From positions 2,728,001 to 2,792,000 of the forward strand of contig JAYWIR010000027.1 in assembly GCA_036172245.1 (NCBI GenBank): a stretch of DNA of 64,000 nt, given 5' to 3'. Below are positions 56,037-64,000 of the stretch, in pieces; position 1 is the first letter of the stretch; every line of letters starts with the position of its first letter. A model generated the notes under the pieces. It was given only the letters and a program-made list of their open reading frames with translations. It was not told the DNA's origin and ran no database searches. The translations under genes were made by a program, and so were the position numbers. The DNA comes from Raillietiella orientalis (taxonomy: Eukaryota).

Positions 56037-59000
56037 TCCCCTTGAGTCGTCGTCGGTGTTGCGGCTGATGTTTTCCTGGCGGCCGGACGAGAAAGAGGTT
56101 CCCCTGAGGAAAGCAACAAGTTGTGCATCAGAGGGTGTCTGTGTACACAGCAGTTCCGGATGTACACAGTCGCGTCCGGGCGCACGCTGCCGTGCGATTC
56201 GGTGCGGCCCGGAGGTTGCTGGAAGGCGGTTTGGTTGGTTGGACTCGCGCGCTCCCCGCAGGCGCTTCGCGGCGGCCGGCTCCTCGAAGGGCAGGAGGGA
56301 CCTAGCGAGACCTTCCCGCCAGGAGCTCTACGCGTCACTTCCGCAACTCCCTCTGAGAAGAGGGCGGCGTGCACGGCGAGCGTCTGTCGCCCGGAAGCGA
56401 TGCAGCTCTCCCGCATTCGCTTCTCCCCATCCCCCTCCTCCCATTTCCTCCCTGGCGTCCGAGGCTGCAGCTCCTCTTCCAGCAACACCGCCTCGCGCCC
56501 CGCGGAGCCCGGCAAGCTCCCCGACCCTCAATGGGCTTCGCTCAAGTCCTTGCCGGGATGGAAGAGCATGGAGAACGGAGGGAGAGCGTTTGCTCTCTCT
56601 CTGCTTCCCTTCCGTACGCCTGAGCCTCATCGTTCGGAAACCACGGCAACCAGCAGCGGGACGTGAGGGTAGGGGAGATGGCCTTGGGGGAGAAGGAGGT
56701 GGAGCACTGCAGAGGATAGGTGGCAGCAGACTCGAATCGCGACGGTGCTGTCAGCTGCCCTGCCGACAGAGCCTGTGGGCGCGGAACGTGTGCACTCTGC
56801 GCCACCCGTTGCCGGGACGTCGCGATTCCTTTCCGGAGGTCGCTTCCTGGGCCAAGCAGCCCCGGCAGGGGAGGACGTCCGCCTCGTTCGGCAACGATCG
56901 TTCTCCTGGACACGGGGGTAGCGGGACGTCCGCGCCAGGAGGCCCCCCATCTTTTATCCCCACTCAGGCCAGGGAATCCGCGGGTTTTCCTTCTCTGCTT
57001 GTTTCCGTGCGTCCGAGACCACGCGGCGAGGGAGGAGGCGGGAAAGCAGGACAAAAGCTTTCCTTGTCACGAGGCAGAATTGCGGCTCCCGGTGCTCCCA
57101 TATCCCTCCCTCCCTCCCTTCTCCCCTTTCCTGGCCCGCGCGGCTGGTGCGAGGGTGCCGAGCAAAGACGGGTTGATTTTCCAAGGCCGTCCATCGCGCG
57201 CGTGCGGGGCGAAACAGCGATGGAGGAAGGGGGGCAGGAGCACCCGTCCGCATCATCCGCTCCGCGCACGACAGGGATCGTTACGTCGGGAGCCTGCATT
57301 CCTGGCGATGGACCCGGTTCGCGTCCCCCTTCGGCCTTCTTCCGCTTCCGGTTGGTTTTCGGCAGCCGGTCTGGGACGGAACCTTCCTCGTGCCGGCCTG
57401 GTCCGATCCAGCATTCCTCCTCCTCCTCTTCCCTTTCTTTTCCTCTTCCTCCTTTCCTCCTCTCTTCTTTCTTGTCTTCTCTTCCTCCTTTCCCCTTCAT
57501 CCTCCTTCTCTTCTCTTCCTCATGCCATTTTCCTCCTCCCTTCCTTCCTCGCATGAGAATCTGCAGATTGCCGGTGTCTTCCTCCCCTCATTGGGGTCAC
57601 CGTTGTCTCGTGTGTGCTCCCTGCTTCACGTACGTTGTCGACGCAGCCCTGGATGCAAGGCGGTTCCACCGGTGGACGTTTCGTCCACTATGGCAACCTG
57701 TCCTTGCGCTCGCCTGGATGCCAACCTGCTCGGATCCCGCTGCGGGCCGACAAGACTCTCGCGGTTCCGGTCACATCCTCGGAGATGCCAGAGGGCTCAG
57801 GAGTCGCTCCTCTCGCGGCCACCGTGGTCCAGGAGGGGGAGAGGGCGGCAGTTTCGGCCGGCCTCCGTGCTCTCTCGCCGTGCGAAGGAGAAGCACGCAC
57901 GCGCCTCTCCTGCCTCTCCGGCGTCGCGGCAGCGCGTTCCCCGCCGCGTCTCGGAGCCCCAGGAGGGAGGAAGAGGGAGGAGGAGCACGCCCGTCCTCCC
58001 GGAACCCTGGTCTGCCGCCCTTCGCTCCCTGCGCGCGTAGCAGCGCTTTCTCGTCGCCTCGTCCTCCGCCGCGAGGACCTCTGTCTCCCCTTCCATTCCT
58101 GACCCAGGGCGCGCCTTCCCGACCGCTCCCGGAAAATTCTCGGACACCAGATCGGGGACGCATGGCGAGCCGGGCACTTCGGACTTGCGAGACACCCTCC
58201 CCTCATTGGCGGATGGGCGCGCAGGTCGCGAGTACTCGAGAAGGGAGCGGCGAGCGGCGCGTTCGTGCCGTGCGCGCGTGCGCGTGCGCCGCTCCAGCTG
58301 CTCAGGGCGCTTCCATCCCGCTTCCCCTAATCCCGCTTGCTCCTGTGCTGCCGCTCCCCTCTGGAAGCGGCATTCCATTGGGGAGCAGCACTTCCTTCCA
58401 CCCTCTCTTTCTCGTGGGCACGCGCGTTTCCTGGGCTCCTGCTTCCCCTCCCCCCTCCTCCTCCCTTCCTTTTGTATACGCGTGCGCATTCTCGAGCGCT
58501 CCTCCTGCTGCTGGTCACCTTCGCACCATGGCAATGGGGAGAGAGGAGAAGGAGGTTGGCTCTCCGTTTCTTCCTCATCTGGCAGTATGCGGCGGCGGTG
58601 CTACTTCTTGCGCATCCATCCCTTCCCCGGCTGTCGGGCGGTTCACGCCCACTTCCGCCCTGCCTCTTTGCTGTCTTTACCGCGGTTTCGCTCGTCCTCG
58701 TCTTGCGCGCCTGCGTTGACTAGCGCTTGCGCACTGGTGCTTCGGATGACTGTTGCGCTCATCGTTGCTGCGGGAGGTCTTTTCCTCTGCCTCTCTCTTT
58801 TTTCCTTTCCACTTCCTCTCCCCCCCTTCCAGTGTCCTGCCTGCCATTTCAGCCACCCGTGCGACCACTGCGGCGTCCCAGTGTTCAGCCACAGTCAGCC
58901 ACCGGTGTGCGCACGTGCGCAGTGCGCGCGTCTTTTTATTTACGTTTTTTCAGCTGCCCCGCAGCCCCGACCGCACGTTCCACCCCCAACTCCAAACCCA

Positions 59001-62000
59001 GCACGTTTTGTGCGTCCCTGTGAGCACCAGGAGTGCCCTTTCCCCCCCTCCTTCCTGAACAGTCCCTGTGCGAATGGATGACTGCCGATCCCCGCTCTGC
59101 CGTCCTCCGCGCATGCGCGCTGGAGCAGCAGCGCTCGCGACTCGCGTGCCTCGCGCGTCCTTCGCCTCGCAGCCGACAAGCCGCCGGTGGCTGCCGCTCC
59201 GCCCAGCTCCTCGCCAGAGGAGAAGGAAGGGACGCCCTGCGGGCAAAGCTCGACGAGGAAACCATCGAATCTCCCTTGGCCGTGGATCCCCTCTGCTTAG
59301 GAGGACAGGCCTGCCCCTCGGCATCCGACGATCACCGAATGGCATCCCCCCCCACTCGGTGGTCGTCGTCTCGTCTCGTTGGTGCTGCCTGCCGTGCCTC
59401 TCGGGTGCCGCTTCCTGGCCGCTCAGCCGTTCCAGCAGGAGCCTCTGCTCCCGGGTGAGACCGGCGTCCAATGGGAGCGCGCGCCCGCCTTCCTACACAA
59501 CGCCGGACCACCCAGTCTTTCTCCATGCCAGCGTTCCCCTCCCCTCCCCCCCGGGTGCTAATCTTTTCGGCGTTGAAGTCCGCGGGAACGAGGCTTACGG
59601 CCGGAGTGGGATGGGGAGGGGAGGGGACAGGAGGAGGAGGGGGGGGGAACCTCGTTGCAGCGAGGTTCTCCTCCCCCTCCCACTCTCCTCCTATCGGGCG
59701 CTTCATTGCGACGTTTCCGGCAGCAGCGATTTCGCGGTCCGGGCGCAGATGCGCGTGCACACACACGTCGTGCCGAGCTGCTCGCGGGAACGCGCGGTGC
59801 ACCCGCACGGTGCGCGACCAGACCACTCCCTCCCAATCCCCAGATGACTCTGCGCCTTCAGGAGGCCCGCGTGGCTTGCACGGCATTACATAGCGCCCCC
59901 TCCCCCCGCCCTGTCTTTTTGGAGAGGGATTGCCGGAGGCGTTGCATCCGCGCGCGCGATTCGCCTCGCTTCCTTTCAGGAGGCTTTCTCCTCGGAGGCG
60001 AACTACTCCCGCAGGAGGAGGAAAAGGGGGGGGGGGAAGGGGGCGGATCGGCCGTGCCGCCGCAGTGTATTTTGCTGGACTGGCAAATGAAGCTGCGGGA
60101 ACAACGCGTGTGTGTTCCGCCGCAAGGCGGCAGGAGAGCGCGCAGTCCTGCAGGCAGCAGACGTCGTGAACAGGAGGACCGCGGGGTCGAACCGGCCCCC
60201 GTCGCTCCGAGCAATTCAGAAGAAAGAGGAAGTCCGCGGCCGGGCGGGAGGGGAGAAGAAGGGGCAAAGAGATTCCCGACCGAGTCTCCAAGCCTTCGAG
60301 TTCACCCTGGTTGAGGTTGCGCCGTTGAGATTGAGCGCCGCAGTCCGCCGCCTTCGAAAGATACCTCTTCGGCAGCAGCAATTTTGACCTTGCAGCAGAA
60401 AAGATTGGCTGTCTCCTTCCTCTCCCCCCCTTCTCGTCCTTACATCTTCCTCCTCTTCCTTACATGCTGTTCCTCCTCCTTTTCTCTCTCCTCCACTTCC
60501 TGACATCTTCCTCCTCCTCCCTTCCTTCTCCCCCTCTTGCTCCCTGTAGCTTCCTCCTCTACTCAGTTGCAGCAGCAGCCCGACCGGCGTTGATTTTAGA
60601 CTTCCCCTCCTTGTGAAAAAGGGAGCGCACGTTCCCCCGCAGCGTTGCTACGAGAGGAGCGGAGCTGAATGGAGGCTCGGCGCCGCCTTGAGCGGGTCTT
60701 CCCCCCTCGGACCCTCGCAGGCTGAGCAGCGGGAGAGCTGCAGGCAGGGATGGCTGGCTGTTTCCTGTGGCGAGAGGAGAAGCTGCCCCTTTCGTAAGAG
60801 CGCAGTTGCAAAGACTCTCGTGGACGCGAAAGAGTTCGGAGGGACGCCCATAAAACGCCCTGGTTCTCGGAGCCGGGGGCCGCCCGTCGATGATTGCTGC
60901 GGTGTGGGGCGCCGTGCTCAGCACCTCCTCGTAAGGACGCACCAGCGAGGGAAAAAGAGAGTGAAAGAGTTCGGCAGTGGCGAGTGCGCAGGAGAAGAGA
61001 GAGAGGAGGGGAGGGGAACAGCTGGTCAGTCGGCGTCCGCTCACGGCGACGTGCGCGCCCCATGCGAGCACGCGGGTTCCTGGCGATTCATAAGCTGGAG
61101 CAACAGGGGCGACGCGTGGTCAACAATGGCGGACGGACCTTGAGGGTGGACTTCGGAGTGGGAGGAGGGAAGACGCGTGGGAGGACTTGTTCGCTTCGGA
61201 AGGGGAAGAGGAGGATGGTTGGCGGCCAAACGCCAAGTGCTGGAAGAAAATGGACTTGCCGAACCTTGAAACGGCGGCCGAAGACGTCGGTCGAACCTAC
61301 ACAAGAAGGAGGGAACTGCGAGCGGGCCCCCCTTCCCCGAAAGGTGACCGCCACAGACCGCTCCAGATTCAGCCTTGCGCCCTCCCCCCCCCCCCCGCCC
61401 CTGACACCAGTTGCCATCTTCGGTGAAGAACCTTCTCCTCCGGTTGGGCTCGGGCGACGGAGGAGCGAGTCTGATGCGTGTGACGTCGCCAAAAGGGAGG
61501 GGTAGGGCAAACCCGGAAGAGACTCGAGGTCGGGAGCCGGCAGCAACGCTGGAGGCTTCCCCTGATCGGTTCGGGGAGCCGCGGAGCTTTGGCGACTCAG
61601 AAACACGCGCGTGACCGTAGCCAGCCGGGAATAGGTCAAGCACTTCCTCTTCCGGATCCTCCCGGCCCTCCGATCAACGAGACAAGTGCACCGTGGGACG
61701 AAGGAGCGTTCCGCGGCCTGGCCTCGGTCGCTAGCGGGGCGTCGGCTTCCGGCGGCAGCGCGCGCACCCCTCGCCCAAGGAGAGGAAGGGAGAGAGGGGG
61801 AGAGCGCCGGTTTGCGCTAGCGTGCGCTCCGTCGTCTGCGGCGGTAATCAATTGGCTGTGCGGTTATTACGGCTTACTCTCCCCCTCCTCCCCCTCTGGA
61901 ACGCCAGTGCGCGTGCGCGCGTGGCGCAGAGACTAAGTACATGGCTGTTGGGTAGGGTTAATGGAAACAAAGAGGAGAAGAAGAAGAGAAAAAAACACGT

Positions 62001-62287
62001 TCATGTCCCTCCACTGCCTTCATAGCGACTTCTATGCTGACGACACTCGGAACGGCTGGGAGTCAGGACGAAGACGCCGGTAAAAGTAGGTTGACCGGTT
62101 CGTTTCCTTCTTCGAGAGCAAAGGGTCACGATCACCGAAGGCTTCGTTCTAATTAACGCGGACTCATGATCCAGAAATGACGACGTAGGAGCCAGGAACG
62201 AGAATAACCTACATCACTGCTGCCTTTGTGAGGCGGGTGAACCTCACAGTTCGGCTGCGCGGCGACGACCACGGCAGGCCTTGTCGT

Positions 62288-62474
62288 TCACCACGAGTTC
62301 ACCTCGGCTTGGCAGTGGTGGTGGTGCCGGTGCTGCTGCTGTGCCGGGCTTCGGCGGAGGTGCTCGCACGGGGACGAGGAGCGCCTGATGGTGACCACGG
62401 ACGGGTGCGGCGTGGACCGCGCGTCGTGCGCCTGCATCCGTGCAGGTTGCGGCACGGGAGGTGTCCAGCCACGC
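62288..62474 (-). CDS. Candidate terminal coding exon of a minus-strand gene whose upstream part is not identified
   Basis: Acceptor ctcctttccactgccag, then a frame with mostly G/C-ending codons (..MQAHDARSTPHPSVVTIRRSSSPCEHLRRSPAQQQHRHHHHCQAEVNSW*). No homology recognised. Confidence 0.35.
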
Positions 62475-63624
62475 CTGGCAGTGGAAAGGAGCACGTAGCG
62501 ACGGGGGAGGAGTTTCACGAGAGGGTACGGACCGAATGTATTGGTGGTGGTGGTTTTTTCCTGGTCCTGGAGCGGCGTTCCTCCTCCCCGTGACCTGACG
62601 CTCTTGCCAAGCTTTCGGAACCGTACATGAAGTGGCTGGGTTAATGGAAGAGCTCCAGTGTTTCGCGTGTCTCGGCGCTGTGCGTGACCAAGGCAGCGAA
62701 CTTCCGCTCCCGTCCTCGCGTTGAAAATCGGGACGCCGTCGGCCGGTGTTGCCAGCCACACTCTGCTGCAGGTGCAGTGGCGATGCCACAGGAACGGGTG
62801 TTCCCTCATGGGGCGGGGGGAAGGGGGAGGGGCTGGAAGAAAAGAAAAGAAAAAAAAAAAAAAAAAAACAGCCCGCACACTTTTCATTTTCGGTCGGCGT
62901 CACGAAGATTCAACAAGAACCCGCGCTGTCCTGGGATGAGCGCGTCCCTGCTTCCCAGAGGCCACCGAGATGGCGACAGTTTGGATCGCATGTGTTCCAC
63001 CTTGGTGATTGCACGTCTCGTACACGAATGCTCGTTTTTCTGTGACGATGATCAAATGCCACGGGTACCACGAGGTCCCCGTTCGTGAAAGAAGCTGCAG
63101 CGTCAAGGATCTCCCGCGCTACGTTCGAAAATCAGCCTCCCTCCCCCCTCCCCATCCTCCGTCAGCTGAACTCAATTGTTGCGTCATTTGTTTCCGGAGT
63201 TGGGCACGCGTCACGAAGTTGGTCGGACGATAATAAAATGAAATCCTCCGACCTAACTCCTCCTTCATGAACCCCGCGTACGCCATCGGCCCATAATGAC
63301 CGTTGGACCGAGGCTCTTTGCTCCTTCGTCTTTTCCGCCTGTAACTGCCTCATCACTTCTGTTGTGTAATCAATATGGGGCTCAATCTGAAACTGTAGCC
63401 CGTTTACGAGTCTTTTTTTTTTTTTTTTTTTTTTTTTTCGGCGTGTGTGTCGATGTGTGTTGTAGCTGTTCCTTTGTCGTCGGTCTATTCGGCGGCAGCA
63501 TCCCGGCTGTGCGAGCTCGTCCGGATTTACTTCAGATATCCGTCCGTAGCGAGCGAAATGTTCGTAGTATTTGGTAAACCTCGCGGAATCGATCGTACCG
63601 CTCGGTGTTCAGCCAGGTTTAATC

Positions 63625-63665
63625 GCATCCCAAGGTTGCGGGAGAGCATCCCAAGGTTGCAGGAG
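63625..63665. repeat. 21-nt tandem duplication
   Basis: gcatcccaaggttgc[g/a]ggag twice. Confidence 0.85.
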
Positions 63666-64000
63666 CTCTGGAAAAACCGTGCTCTGAAGGGGATCGATCG
63701 TTTGTTTGCCGGGTTTTCCTCTGGTTTACCTGCGGGGACGGTTCGCCTTTTGCACAGAACTGCAAGCGGTACTCGAAAACAGGAGCAAACTGGCGCTGCC
63801 ATTTGATCGATCTGAGAGCAACGGCAATTTCCTCCCGGCCGCAGTTTTAACAGATGCGTCTTTCCGGATGCATCCCCATTTGCAACTGCGAATTCCTCTT
63901 CTGATTAGCCGTGCACAGACACCCGCCGTGGGAGGGGGGCATCGCGCTCGCCATGGCCGTGTGTCTTTGCTTACGTGCGCTCTTTGGCACACAACTGGTT

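Noticed and set aside
55996..58719. 907-aa ORF
   Set aside because: Arg/Pro/Ser/Gly-rich, crosses a pyrimidine tract, no domain or codon bias; expected in stop-poor GC-rich DNA.

Overview
Eukaryotic (animal, most likely arthropod-like) genomic DNA with spliceosomal GT-AG introns; no prokaryotic features, rRNA, convincing tRNA or CRISPR. The window alternates between AT-rich, CpG-poor blocks with compact housekeeping genes (most introns 39-51 nt) and long GC/CpG-rich, homopolymer-rich blocks. Genes I could splice by hand: the 5' part of an unknown Pro/Ser-rich protein (minus, runs off the left edge), tubulin-folding cofactor B, a secreted Delta-like EGF protein (truncated DSL, three DOS-type EGF pairs, no TM segment; C901-like), a short-form Cbl E3 ligase, and a very dense cluster COA4 -> RNASEH2C, then a convergent divergent-sequence TMC channel, then the first coding exon of RPB8/POLR2H. 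No further RPB8 exon is visible in the remaining 22 kb. The most striking signal is the COA4-RNASEH2C pair, only 26 nt apart, with a poly(A) signal inside the COA4 CDS and an orphan TTTAG acceptor just before the next ATG (candidate dicistronic or trans-spliced operon). Most long ORFs in the GC-rich blocks look spurious. All calls come from reading the sequence by eye; no searches were run.
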